Source of the DNA: Octopus vulgaris
Lineage: Eukaryota
Direction: 5' to 3'
DNA length: 64,000 nucleotides
Assembly (NCBI GenBank): GCA_951406725.2
Contig: OX597819.1
Coordinates: 95,976,001 to 96,040,000 of the forward strand
In this document: piece after piece, positions 50,051 to 63,864 of the stretch
How positions within the stretch are numbered: the stretch's first letter is position 1
Layout of the letters: each line of letters begins with the position of its first letter
Made by a program: the position numbers and the translations under genes
Notes under the pieces: model-generated
Databases searched by the model: none
What the model saw: the letters and a program-made list of their open reading frames with translations, nothing else
Told to the model about the DNA's origin: nothing

Positions 50051-51832
50051 ATGAGGAATGATCCAATGGAAGAGGAAAACATGAGCAGAGGCAATGGAAA
50101 CAGATTTCTAGAAACTGAAGCTCACACAAGGTGTCTCTTTGCCAAAACACTATTGCAACCTTTATCCACACCTCTGAGCCGTTTTCACCATGTACTTTTT
50201 CTATTCACTTTCTTGGACAAATCACCTTCAGGGTACTTTCAGGGTCCCAGTCACTTCATCCTCTCCCTACCAAGCACTAGTACATTACCTCCACCTACCC
50301 ATATGTAATGCAGAAAAGCATTGAATATTCTCATACTCAACACACCCTACTGTCATCCTTATCACTCTCACCTTTTCTTATAAACCATTGACACCACTCC
50401 TTCTCTTTCCCTTTTATTATTATTATCTTCCCTAACACTGCATCTATTACTCTCTCCACTAACCACCTTCCTTAACAATATATCTGCTCCACCCATCATA
50501 CTGTAACTTGTCAACATCCTGCCTAAAGTTACCACCCTGTCCCCTATTGTCTCTCTCAGTTGCTGGGGCACCTTTCATGGTGTGAGTTGCAAAGTGACCT
50601 CACTAGTGCTAGTGTTATGAAAAACAAAAAAAAAAACAACAAAAACAAAAAGAAAACATCCAGTTGGTCTAGAAGGGCATTCATCCATAGAAATCATGTC
50701 ACACTTGAAACACTGGAGCAAGAAATAGTTCTTCAAGTCATTGGACCTTATCAAACTGACTCACCCATATCAGCATGGAAAGCAAATATAAACTGATGAT
50801 CTACATAGATACATACATACTTGCATATATGAATTATTGAAATCTTTAACATTAATAAGTCAGTCAATCAATATTAATGTGTGTGTGTGTGTGTGAGAGA
50901 GAGAGAAAAGATAGAGTGTGAGTGTGTGTGTAAATATATGGTTAAAAATACAAATGTACTGTATTTAAAAAGACTTAATGGCCATGTCTAATTGTTTAAT
51001 GAAACAGACCTAAAAGAATAGGAGAGTCAGAGAGCTGAATCAGGCCAAACCTCAACATGTCCATTCTCTTTCCAGTCAGCTAGATTTCTCATCGCTTTAA
51101 ACAACTTTAGACATTGGTCAATTATTCCTGACAAATTATTAATGAAATAGAATGTATAAACATAATAGTTACTCTACCAAAATTGTGTGCATATGTGTGT
51201 GTGTGTGTGTCTATATTTATGCTCACACATGCACACACACACGTGTATACACACAACTATAGCTACATGGTAGAGAAGTTCATTTGCCCACAACATAATT
51301 TGCTGTTTGATCCCTCCATCTCAGCAACTTCAGTGTTTTCTGCCATGGTCTTGAGAGCAGAAAGGAACTGGGTGATGTCCCTCAGAAATAATGTGTGATA
51401 GATTTAATCCATCACCCAGTTTAACAGCACCACCTGGTCCTTGGGTGCCTTTAGCAGGGTCCACTCTGTTGTAAGTATTCAGGTTTGGTTAGCAGTCTGA
51501 TGAAGATAACTTCCTTCTATCTTCTCACCAGTCTAAGAAGGCCTGTAAAAGGGCCATGGGCACTGCTCTTCTTTTCATTAACTGATAATAAACACATTCT
51601 CTCTCTCCACACACACACTAATTATTTCTTGAAATACATCAGTCTTACTAGAGTATACAATAAACATGGTGTAGTATTATATAGCAATATGATGTAGAAG
51701 CAAATAAAAATATATATTAAAATAAAACTTTCATATCTGAATACAAGATGTGGTTCTGCAAATGTATTGCACTTGTAGAGATGCAATCAGAGACTTTGCC
51801 AGCTACGAAAATGAAAGGGAATTTGCATTGTC

Positions 51833-52010
51833 CTTGGTGCCACGTAAAAAGCACCCCCACACACTGTAGAATGGTTGGCATTAGGAAGGGCATCTAGCCA
51901 TAGAAACCAGGCCAAATTTGACAAGAACTTGGTGCAGCTCTCCAGCTTTGGTTACACTGTCCAACTCATGCCAGCATGGAAAACATGTGTCAAATGCTAA
52001 TGATGATACA
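51833..52010 (+). mobile_element. SINE tail family copy
   Basis: gtgccacgtaaaaagcaccc...catgccagcatggaaaac. Confidence 0.82.
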
Positions 52011-53413
52011 ATGAAATGTGTGTGTGTGTTCACTTTTCGTGCTGGATGGGTTGCCACAGCTTGATTCATCAAATATTCGAGTGTGCTGTTTATCTAGAAA
52101 GGTTGGAGGACTACAACTCACTTGTGTAATTTTTTTGGCTTGAAGGCTTGATGTCCTTCTTAACACCAACCATTTTACAGAGTATACTGGGTGAATTTTT
52201 TAAGACATTGTTAGTCAGGAGACAGAGTGAGGACTGAACAGGGAGCACACAGGAAAACCAGGATGTGTGAGTAAGGAAGGGGAATGAATGGGAAGATAAC
52301 TGACAATGTGTGAATGTGGGTGTGAAATCTCTTCATGTCTACCTACATAACAGTGAAATATATTCATAGTGTAGTAGAGATGTTGCTTGATGTTATTCTT
52401 GTTATATCCGGAGTTATAATTATATTAAGGTTGCAGGTATTGACAACTACTTCAATCACTCTGCAGTGGCAAGTACATAGAAATTTTGTGAAATTCAAAT
52501 TTTATGAGATTTCATAGTCTGTTCACAAGTAACTTTCTAGGTATAAGTGGCATAGCCTGGTTACATTGAAAATTGCAGTAACTTTACTGGCTGGCAAAGC
52601 CTTGTATTGCATTTTTACATTTGCAGCAACATAGTTCAGCACAATGGTTGCTTATTTAGTTAAGTCTACATTACACACACACAAACACACAGATGTGTTA
52701 GTATGTATATGTATAAAAATGTCATAGATTAATTGTTCGTCTATCAGGGCCACTCAGAAAACTTCAAACTTCATCATGAAGTAGTGATTTAAGGGAAACC
52801 ATATTAGGGCAATGTTTTGTTCCCTTCTTCAGATCCCTGGTAGCTAAAGAAACATTTATCAAATCTGTGCTGTATAGATTGCAATTGAGTTATTCAGGCT
52901 AGAGAGAAACCTCTACAGACATACAATTTAATTATAAAGTCCTGATCCAGGGCATGTATGTAAATGAGTTGAATAAGTAGTCATGATTACAAGATCTAGC
53001 ACTTTATATATTGCCTTTGGTTTATGCCTGGCTACACTGCTGATTCCAACAAGCACTGATATATTTTGAGGGTGCAGCATAACAGTTTAGAAGCATTGTC
53101 CAACCCAGTGGCCCTGAATGTGGCCACAATAGATATGGGCAAAATAATGGCTGGAGTATGAACAATGTTACTTATGTGTTTCTCAACATATTACAGTTAA
53201 TGAGACTCAAAACCCATGAGTTAGTCAACCTGCCATAGCTAGTGACCAGAATCACCTTGAAACTTATCCCCTATCTTCTAATAAAAGCAACAAATATATT
53301 GTGTAAGATAATTCTTAAATAAAAGTTCTGGAATAGATGGAAATTTAACACTAACCACATTAATTAAAACTAGACAAAATAGTTGGACATATACTGTAAA
53401 TAGATAGAATTAC

Positions 53414-53633
53414 CTTGAGGATGATGCTGAACTTTAGAGGGCTAACAAAGATCCATTCATAGTGTAAAACTAACACTGAGTCAATGGAGATCCCTGAATG
53501 ATCAACTAATGGATCCATCTAAGTCAACAACCTCCACCACAACAGTGTTTAATCTCAACAAAGAAGTCTTCTGTTCGGGTTAAATTAGATGGAGGCTTGA
53601 GGACAAGGGAATATTTCTTTTTTGACATGATTG
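53414..53633 (-). other. Candidate minus-strand exon (220 nt) containing a 34-aa small ORF (53628-53524)
   Basis: Acceptor ttcttgtcattcctttcag| and donor AAG|GTAATT. atcATG opens MSKKKYSLVLKPPSNLTRTEDFFVEIKHCCGGGC*. Confidence 0.4.
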
Positions 53634-55449
53634 CTGAAAGGAATGACAAGAATTATGCTTCTTCTGTGTTTCTTTCCAAACTGAATGTTGGGTGTTATTT
53701 ATTAAGACTAATGTTTCTGATTTCTCAAAGTGATTGATGTTCTGCATGGTACTGAGAAATCTTAACCCACAAAGTTTATACTGACAAGTTACACTGTTGC
53801 ATGCATGCAGGCACACACACACACACAACCATGTCACTGAGTTGGTCATTGCAACAGGAAGCAGTATTGGACATCTATATTCCTCATATCACATATCACA
53901 TTTAGAATTTTATTTTGAGATGAAGTGGAGATTCCAATGAAGCCCAAACTTGTTAGAATAACCTACAAATGACATGAAAAGAATATTCATCTTTAAAATA
54001 ATTTCTTGCAAAATTACACTGTTTTATTGAAGAGAGGAGCAATAACTCTTATTCTTTCAATTTCATGAAGTCAACCTAATCTTTTAGCAACTATTGCAAT
54101 AAACTAAAATAGGCTGTAGGAACCAATCTTCTTCAAAGCAGCTAATAACATTTCAAAAGCCCAAATCCCTTAGGACATGAATAACTAAAGTTTTTTTTTT
54201 TTTTAAATAACATAGCTGCTTCTGTAAACAGTAAAATCTATAGTGTATGCTGAATAATTGAGAGCAACAGTTGCCAGTAATGACAACATGTGACACAAGT
54301 GTGAGAGGTAGATAGAGACACAAAGGAACAGTTTACGTAAATAGTTTGTGCCAACCAACTAACTGCTGTTGACTTCACTCAGACCTGCTGTGCTAATTAG
54401 CAACACTTACTGTAAGAGGAGTAGAACAGCTTCAATACTACAATTCAAATGTAATATATGTAGTGTAGTGTGTGTACATTTGCTAACATCCATAAGTCAA
54501 TAATTCATACACCTTTTAATTAATGATGACCTTTCATTGTGATTACATAGGTATCATACTGCAAAAGTTTGTTTTCCATTTTAGAGCTAAAAATACTTTA
54601 TTTTTGAAGGGTTTAAAACTTTCTGAAAAGCACAACTGTGTTCTACATCAGAGAATTTCCCCCTATATCAAGTATAGGGCAGCTACCACATACACACACA
54701 CTGCACCATGTCCCAACGAAAACACTATCTTCCTGATAGGTAAGCCTCACCAATACTCTAAAATCACTGACCTACCAATGACCTTTTCCACACTTTTTTC
54801 TTTTGTCCTTTCTATAACAATCTCTGCTACTCTGAAATTGTAAACTATGTATCATATTTACTAACTACTCAATGCACTCCACTATCTCAACATCATTTAG
54901 CCTAACCCTTCCTCTACAAAACTGTATCCTCCTGGAAAAACCATCCCTGCCTTGATTTTCCCAACAAACATTCAGCTATGTAAGTTCAAAAGTTGAACTC
55001 TGAATATATCTCCCAGTGTGAACTGGCTGTGGTCAATGACACTCCTCAGAATAACAAATAAAATGATAAAATAATGCTATGTTTAGAGACCGTTAGAACA
55101 TTTTCACAGAACTACATATAAGTCAAGAAAAATATTGGCTAAATACAATATAATTAGAGAAAAAAAATTAAAGGCTCAATCTTCTCCATAGACTTTCTGT
55201 TTTAATCTACCCAAACACTGACCAACATCAGAGGCCAGAGATTGGTCTTAGGATGGACATCTAAAGATAAAGATATTTACCATCATCAGTTTTTGCAAGT
55301 TTTCAAACTTTCAGAAAATCTGTGTTAATATGGAAGATCAGGAGTAAAATCATTAATATGAATTATATCGTATTGTTAATGTTTTACATAGAGATCTGCC
55401 CATATTGTTTTAACACATTTTTCCATGTTAGCCCAAACTGATAACCTCT

Positions 55450-55840
55450 GTAATTCGACCTTTATTCTCTTGAAAAACGCCGCCGCCGTGGTGGTCTCAT
55501 TCTCGCCCACAACATCATAAGCGGAAAGTGTAACCTCTCATAAGAGCTGTTCTTCACTCCTGCTCCAGAGTGTCGGCTGTGGGGTCATTCCGAAAAGCTC
55601 TACCTGCGACGATTTCATCTCAATCGAAGGAGAGGAGCTTTCTCCGTCCAGGTTGCGGATCCGTGGAACAAGCTGCCAGACGAGATGGTGAAGATGCTGA
55701 CGACCGCTTTGTTCAAAGCCTCCCTTGACCTCAAGTGGCCTGAACTCTTTACATAAACACCACCCTGTACTTAACTCCATGTCCCCCTACATGGCCTTGC
55801 TATTTGCTTTTGAGCCAAATTAACTAACTAACTAACTAAC
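55450..55840 (+). mobile_element. 5'-truncated, relatively young CR1-group LINE
   Basis: DLYSLEKRRRRGGLILAHNIISG..RLWGHSEKLYLRRFHLNRRRGAFSVQVADPWNKLPDEMV..FKASLD (one internal stop), short 3'UTR, (TAAC)n tail; CpGs retained. Confidence 0.9.
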
Positions 55841-56509
55841 TTTATCATGACTAACTTGGCACTAAACAACATCAGTCCTCCATGACTGTCAGTTTTTTAA
55901 TATTTCATCTGTGAAGGTAAAGATTCCTCCAAAATCTTCTTTGGCTCATTCTGTCTCAGGTATTATCCATTGAATCAAAGGGACAGCTCTCTAAACAGTT
56001 GCACAACCAGCTATATATGATAGTCAAAAGTCCCTCATATCAAACTCTATTACTGCCTTAAACATGGTAGGACACATTGGATGTCATTCCAGATATATTG
56101 CATACCAAAAAAAGTTGATCTGCTGAATTAGAACTGATCCAGGTGTTAAAACGACAATAACACCTATCAGTTCACCCAACACACATCATCCATTTATGTT
56201 ATATATTTAAACCAATCTTGTCATCTATGACAAGATCCTTTTAAATCAACTTCTCAGCTTATGCTCCATCATTAATATTTTATACTATCAGGGCAGTGGA
56301 GTGACAGAATCAATAGAACATCAGACACAACACTTTGTGGTGTCTAGTTACATTCTTAATATAGTGTGTTCAAATCAAAATCACCTTTGACTTTTATCCT
56401 TCTGAGGTTGATGAAATAAATACTTAATGATGATGATAGTGGGTATGTGTACATATACATACATTCATATATATATATATATATATATACATTCATATAT
56501 ATATATTCA

Positions 56510-56870
56510 TTTACTTGTTTCAGTCATTTAACTGGGACACTACCTTTTAGTTGAAGAAACCAACCCCTGGACTTACTCTATGTAAGCCTGGTACTTATCA
56601 GACTCTTCTGCTGAACTGCTAAGTTACAGGGATGTAAACATCCAACATCGGTTGTCAAGCAATGGGGGAGGGGTACAGACACACATACATAAATATATAC
56701 ATATAAATATATGTTGGGCTTCTTTCAGTTTCCATCTACCAAATTCACTCACAAGGCTTTGGCTGACTCAAGGCCATAGTAGATGGCACTTGCCCAAGGT
56801 GCCATGCAGTGACTGAAACAAGAACCACATGTTTGGGAAGCAGGGTTCTTACCATACAACCACTCCTGCA
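56510..56870 (-). mobile_element. tRNA-derived SINE (2714-3149 family)
   Basis: Collinear similarity. Confidence 0.85.
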
Positions 56871-56874
56871 TCTA

Positions 56875-57173
56875 TAATGACCATGAGATTGCATCTACAA
56901 AGTGACCTTCCGAGGCACAAGTCCTGGCAAGGCTGTTTATAGAAGACCAGCAGTTGGCCATGCATACCAGCCTCCCCTCTCTATGCCACTGATGTTATTC
57001 AAAGGAAAGGCAAAGGCTGATACAGCTTGGCACTAGTGACATCACAACTCATTTCTACAGCTAAGTGAACTGGAGTGTCTTGCTCAAGAACACAACACAC
57101 AGCCCAGTCTGGGAATTGAACTCTACCTCATTATTGTGAGCCCAATGCTCTAACCACTGAGCTATGTGCCTTC
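56875..57173 (-). mobile_element. tRNA-derived SINE (relative of the 29071 family)
   Basis: Minus head GAAGGCACATAGCTCAGTGGTTAGAGC...GAGTTCAATTCCC then tgtgttcttgagcaagacac. Confidence 0.82.
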
Positions 57174-57947
57174 AGTGACTTATACATATGTGTGTATGTG
57201 TATGTGTGTGTGTGTGTGTGTATTATTAAAGTGTAGGGCATAACCAGTGAATCAGTACTCCAGATGTTCTACTACACTCCTCCAAAACAGATGCACAGAA
57301 CGTAAACACTTGTTATGACATGCATAATCCATAATCCAATGTTACTGGTGTGTAGGCTATAATACTTATAGAATATGGATAAATAGCACATGGCAAGAGA
57401 AACTATAGAATGATTTACATGTATATATAAACCATCATTTTAATGGCTACTTTCCATGCTTGCATGGGCCGGATGGAGTTAACTGAGGCAGATTTTTCAC
57501 AGCTTGATGCCATTCCTATTGCCAACTCTCACCTGTTTCCAAGCAAGCTAATAAAGAACCACATCTTGATGGTAAATTCCATTTTTAGTACACCACTCCA
57601 ACATCCAATCACTTCACAGCATGTACCGTCGGCTTTTTGTGTGAAGGTCTCAGCATGAGAGAGGCTGCCTTGTTCGTAGCAAGATGAAAGAGTCTCCTCT
57701 ACCTTATTTGGTCTTTGTTCATTGAAAGCTATGTGACCAAGAGGAGGAATAGAAAATGACCAGGGAGAAGGGTAGTGGTGATAGAAGATAATGGCAGGGA
57801 TTTATAGAAGAGAGAGAGAGAGACATGCACACAAAGAAAGAGTGATGAGAAAGACAGTAATACACATCAACAAAGAGTGATAAAAGATGGATAGCAATAG
57901 ATGGCTATCTTGGACTCTCAGTTATTTAATAGTTCAGATTATATATA

Positions 57948-57993
<46 letters not shown>

Positions 57994-59667
57994 CATACAC
58001 ACACACACACAACATTATCAAATTTGAGATTTAGGGGTATGTCCACTTTATCTGCTTCCTTGTTATTAAACCTTGAAGATGAGAATTTAAAGATAGTAAT
58101 TATAAAGACTCTCTGCAGACATCCTAAATTAGTTCAGAAGCCACAGAAATCTAAAATTGAATTACTGATGATCTTCATTTAGATACATCTTCATGTAGAG
58201 TACTAGTAGAAGGGGTAAAGTGACATGGCAGATGTAATTGTAGGTGGATGAGGATTAGGTTATTAGTTGCATATTTAATGATATTGAATATACCTGGGTG
58301 ATAAGATGGTTGAGTTGAGGGAATTTTTATTATTTAGGCATGGCTATGTAGATATTAATGAGCTGGCTTTACCTACAGGGTATCAAGTTCTGTCTTGCTG
58401 CATGGCAACTAGGGCAACTGTCTTCTATTGTAACCTCATGCCAATGAATGGCTTGTGAGTGGAATTGATAGATGGAAACTGCATGAAGCCTATTTTGTGT
58501 GTGCGAATGTTTAATTCTATTTTATTCCATGAAAGCACTGAGATAAATCTGGTGATGCTATTTTTACATTCCCTGTCAACAAATCCTCCTCTAGGTTTGA
58601 GCGTTCAAAGACAAGTGGAATAAACAAGTCTTCTAACTGAAAACCAGGCAAGGGTTAGCAAGAAGGGTATCTGGCTGTAAAATAATGCTTCAGTAATAAA
58701 CATTTTTCCAACCCACACTACCATGGACAAGTAAGTGTGAAAAAAAAAAAATGAAGATATCAAATGAGAGTGAAAGATAGTATTGTGTAGAAAATATTCA
58801 TAAAACATATTCAGAAAAAGCTTAGTATGGGGAGTGCAACATAGTTGAGCAAACAAGTGGGTATCAGTTTAGTGTCTACAGGCACTGAAGATAGTGACAG
58901 CAGCCATACTACCAGCAAAGAAATGGCAAATGCAACAGAGAAAAATATGGTATCTTTAGGTATTTGTAGAGGATAATGGAAGACTTACTAAATATCATAT
59001 TCACTTATCATAAATGTCCCCCACCCTCATTCAATTACAAATAAATATGAATTTCACTTGTCTCCTTTGGCTTTGACAAGAATTATCATTAAGGCTAATA
59101 ATTTTTCTTTTCTTTATGAGTCTAATTTTATTTGATTAACCATCTTTATTTTTTGCTCAATACATTATGTTAACATCTACTTAAGTACAGGAGCAATTAA
59201 TTGAGGTGTTAGAAAGGTAATAAGTCAGGGTAGGTGAAGAGGTTTTGTTCTGTACACTTATCAAACCATCGCTGATATGGTACAGTGGTTAGTATAGTGA
59301 TGATTATGACGGTAAACTAGGGCATACAAATATAGCACAGCTCATTGGTTGGAGTCAATGACCTAATAAAACAAAACACTTCAACTTCGACACATTCCTT
59401 AGCTTCCTTTATGGCCATGACATTGGATGATATGAAAATAATTTGTAGTGTCATAAAATAAGTCAAGTGCATTAGTGACAGTAGTTTTGGTCAATCAAGA
59501 TTTTAACAGATCTGTAGAGGTTAAGAAGTCATAACTTCAGATGTCCTTCACTTAGTTCAAAACTAAATTTTATATCACGAGTCAGATAAGATACAGCCAG
59601 TTGATATAGATTTAACAATATAACCATCACATATACATGTATAAGCATACACATACCTGTATAATTA

Positions 59668-59702
<35 letters not shown>

Positions 59703-59858
59703 TACACACACACATTAAATTTCACTTTAACTATATGCTTGGTAAGTAAAAACAACATTTATCAGGTATCTCTATATATTCAAACAACATATGTACACAA
59801 ACATATATTCAATATATGCTTGAAAAATTTACACAGATTATGTATAATATACATATAC

Positions 59859-59889
<31 letters not shown>

Positions 59890-59904
59890 TACACACATAC
59901 ATAT

Positions 59905-60212
59905 AGGTTAGGGCATTCACCTTATGATCGTAAGGTCGTGAGTTCAATTCCAAGTGACGTGTTATGTCCTTGAGCAAGACACTTTATTTCACATTGTTCC
60001 AGTCCACTCAGCTGGCAAAATTGAGCAGTACCTGTATTTCAAAGGGCCGGCGGCCTTGTCACACTCTGAGTCATGCTGAATCTTCCCAAAAACTACATTA
60101 AGGGTACACATGTCTGTGGAGTGCTCAGCCATTTGCATGTTAATTTCACAAGCAAGCTGTTCTGTTGATTGTATCAGCTGAGACCCTCATCATCATAAGC
60201 GACAGAGTGCTC
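59905..60212 (+). mobile_element. tRNA-derived SINE
   Basis: GGTTAGGGCATTC..ATGATCGTAAGGTCGTGAGTTCAATTCC followed by ccttgagcaagacactttatttcac..ccagtccactcagctggc. Confidence 0.85.
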
Positions 60213-61396
60213 TTATATACATACATACACACACATACATATCTATATCTGTGTGTGTGTGTGTGACATACAATTGGAGTGGACTTTACACCCACTGAAT
60301 GCTGACATACAAGTCACTGGCTAAAAGGGACCAATCCAAGGAGCATAACTCTGATGGGCTTCAGAGCGAGCCTGTTCTAAGACCCATAAACTGGATGCTA
60401 CATTTTTAGGCCTCCAGCAGCAGAGACCAAGTCATATGTTTCCCGTCAGCCATGTCCAATGATTGTTCATTTACCTTTCCAATTCAGGAAGGTTATCAGC
60501 ATGAGACATTTCAGTAATATTAACTTGCTGTTATAAGTTTATAATATTATATAAAAATTTATTAAATACCCATTTAGTAAATGAGTGCTTTAATATGTGA
60601 GAACTTAATGGACAACTATATAGACATAAAAATATACATACACACATATAATGTATATGGCCACATATTTATACACACAAACACATGTGCATATATATGT
60701 CAATCTTTTTAATTGTATTGCAGTGACAGTAACTTACAAATGTATTAACAGTATTGCACGGATAAAAACTCAACCATATCTGCTGTGCCTGATCTGTTTC
60801 CAGAAGTAAGGGCCTAACCCCATGTAAGCTTTCTACCTTTCAACTCATAGATATGTCTTGAAGGAAAGACAAGTCAATAAGTTTGCAGCATTCATGATGA
60901 CACACAAGAAATGCCAGATATTAAAACATACTTGCTTTATGGTCCCCACCTCTAGATTTTCTGTAGGGGCTTACTCTCTTAGCTTTTTCTAAATGCTCAA
61001 TAAATTATCTAGCAAAGCAGCAAAGGTTTATTATTATAGTGGGTAGTCCCTCTCTCTCTTCGAACTTGTATTGGGTTTGTGCAAAATGTGTTCTGTGCCC
61101 AGTAGTTATCAGGCCGAAAGATTTGTATGGAGTTAACTTATCTTAGATGAGCAGCTAAAGAGCTGGATCTGTTGGGGTGTTTTTCGGAGACAATTCCATG
61201 ACATGCTAATTCTCTCATAGCTGGGAGCCTGACAGGTGCTGCTACTCTGCGTTGGGGAACTATAGTGGTTAAAAAGTGGTCCCACACTCCTCAAAACCTT
61301 GGAACTCCTGAATTAGGTATCCGCTAACAAATACAGTTTTAAGTCATATCCAGGACACACACACACATACACCCCACCCCAAACGTATACATTCAG

Positions 61397-61413
61397 ATAT
61401 ATATATATACATA

Positions 61414-61490
<77 letters not shown>
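61397..61490. repeat. (TA)n microsatellite
   Basis: Directly visible. Confidence 0.97.
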
Positions 61491-62374
61491 TCAGATAGAT
61501 ATATGTGCATACATATACATCTATATTTATATTATACATCTATATACATATACCTACATATGCATACATACACCTACCATATCATTGTCCATGTTAGATG
61601 CTGGCATGGGTTGGATAGCTTGATAGGATCTAATGGATTCAAGCACAGCATGCAGTGTCTGCTTTGACATGGTTTCTATAGCTGGATGCCCTGCCTATCA
61701 CCATCCATTTTAAATTGCGCCCTGGGTGTTTTCCATTTTTTTGAGCTGCCAGCAGTAGCGAAGTTTGTTATGAAGCTCACAAGACTGAGAACTCCGAGTG
61801 TGAAAGGACAGCTTTATGGTTGGAGACGAGCGGATTAAAGTATGGGGAGAAGTGGCTAGAGTAGAACAAGGTTTCTTACTGTAAAGGAGCTACGTGGTTA
61901 CTCACAGTTTAAAAAACAAGTGGGAGTGATCGTGTGGAGCTGGAAATAAATAAAATAATGTTGGATGAGCTCTCTGAGTAGACCCTCAAAGTGTAAGGTG
62001 AAGTGAGTGGAGTCAGAAGAACCAAGAGTGTGGCTGGGTGAAGGTTGCAAGAATATATAAGGCATTGAGAGTTGTATGGTAGAAGATGAGAGGTAATTTT
62101 GTGGCTAAGTTGAGGTGTGTGTGTGTGTGTGATCAATGTTGAGTGTGGGCAGATGTAATAGCAATAGAGCAGATGACAAATGAAATGGGTCCAGGTAGTA
62201 TGAAAAATAAGTGGTATTGAAGAAGAGCAGTGATTAGAGAGATGATGGGTGGTGGTTGTGTTTTGAGCATACTGAGTGAAGGGCCCAGTTGTGAATATAT
62301 ATAATTATACAGCACTTCCAGAGCTCAATTAAACTGAAGTCAACGAACCTTAAGAACTGCATAGTATAAAATAT

Positions 62375-63180
62375 AAATACACACACACACACACATACAT
62401 ATATATATGCACACATCTAGACATATCTGTCCATCAATAAATCTACCTGCCTCTCAATAAATACAGACACGCATATACATAGACATTTGTATGCACACAC
62501 AAACACATTATATATATATGCATAAGCATATATATATTCATATATGTACATATATTTATATGCATACACATACATACGTATACACATATAACGATCTACA
62601 AATGTATATACTCATACATATATATACAAAAACATACATTTATACATACACATATATACATACACACACATATATACGTATACACATATATATACACATA
62701 TACACACACATATATATATATATAAACACATACATGTACAAACATGCTCTCCCCACCACCACATATCCATTAAGTGTTAATTTTTGGAGAAAAGAGTACT
62801 CAGACTCATAATAAAGATCAATAACATTTTATTTTGGTTGAGTCAGTTTCTTGCTACTCTGAATTTCACTTGTAGCTACACAACATTCTCAGACAACACA
62901 TAAGCACACACACACTCACGCATATATAAATATACACACACATATACATGTTTGAATATATATATATATATATATGTAAGTAAGCATAAGCATATATATG
63001 CATACATATATATTTCCATATATATACATACATACAAATACACACATAATATATATATACATACATACACATACATATACCTAAACACATAGTTATACAT
63101 ATATAGATATATACACATAAAAATGCATACAAATACACATATATTAACAACTACACACACATATACATATACAAATGTAT
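62375..63180. repeat. Degenerate (TA)/(CA) low-complexity tracts
   Basis: Directly visible. Confidence 0.9.
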
Positions 63181-63182
63181 TT

Positions 63183-63562
63183 TTTACTTGTTTCAATCAA
63201 TAGACACTGGCCATGCTGTGGCACTGCTGTGAAGAAGTTTAGTTGAATGAATCAACCCCAGTAGTCATTTTTAAAGCCAAGTACTTATTCTATTAGATCT
63301 CTTGCTGTACTGCTATGTTATGGGGATGTAACCACACCAACACTGGTTGTCAAGCAATAGGAGTGGGACAAACACAGACAGACATACACATACACAGACA
63401 GACATACACATACACAGACAACAGGCTTCTTTAAGATTTTGTCTACAATTTCTACCCACATGGCATTGGTTGGCTATAGGCTACAGCAGAAGACACTAGC
63501 TGGCAGTGCCACACAGGGGAACTGAACTTGGAACCATGTGCGGAAGCAGGCTTCTTACTACA
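63183..63562 (-). mobile_element. tRNA-derived SINE (older copy)
   Basis: Same family as 2714-3149. Confidence 0.8.
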
Positions 63563-63681
63563 TAGTCCTGTATAAATGTAGAAGTATATGTACACACAGA
63601 CGTACACACATATATACATGCATATATATACACACACATACATATCTATACTTATAAACACACACACATATATATACATGT

Positions 63682-63846
63682 AGGCACAGAAGTGGCTGTT
63701 TGGTAAGAAGCTTGCTTCCCAACCACATGGTTCCAGGTTCAATCACACTGCGTAGCACCTTGGGCAAGTGTCTTCTACTATAGCCTTGGGTCCACCAAAC
63801 CCTTGTGAGTGGATTTGATACATGAAAACTAAATGAAGCCTGTTGC
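63682..63846 (+). mobile_element. tRNA-derived SINE 5' half
   Basis: GGCACAGAAGTGGCTGTTTGGTAAG..CCAGGTTCAATCAC..TTGGGCAAGTGTCTTCTACTATAGCC. Confidence 0.88.
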
Positions 63847-63864
63847 ATATATATATATATATCA

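Noticed and set aside
51764-51775. TATTGCACTTGT matches the 5' part of miR-92
   Set aside because: The 3' half (CCCGGCCT) is missing and there is no convincing precursor arm.
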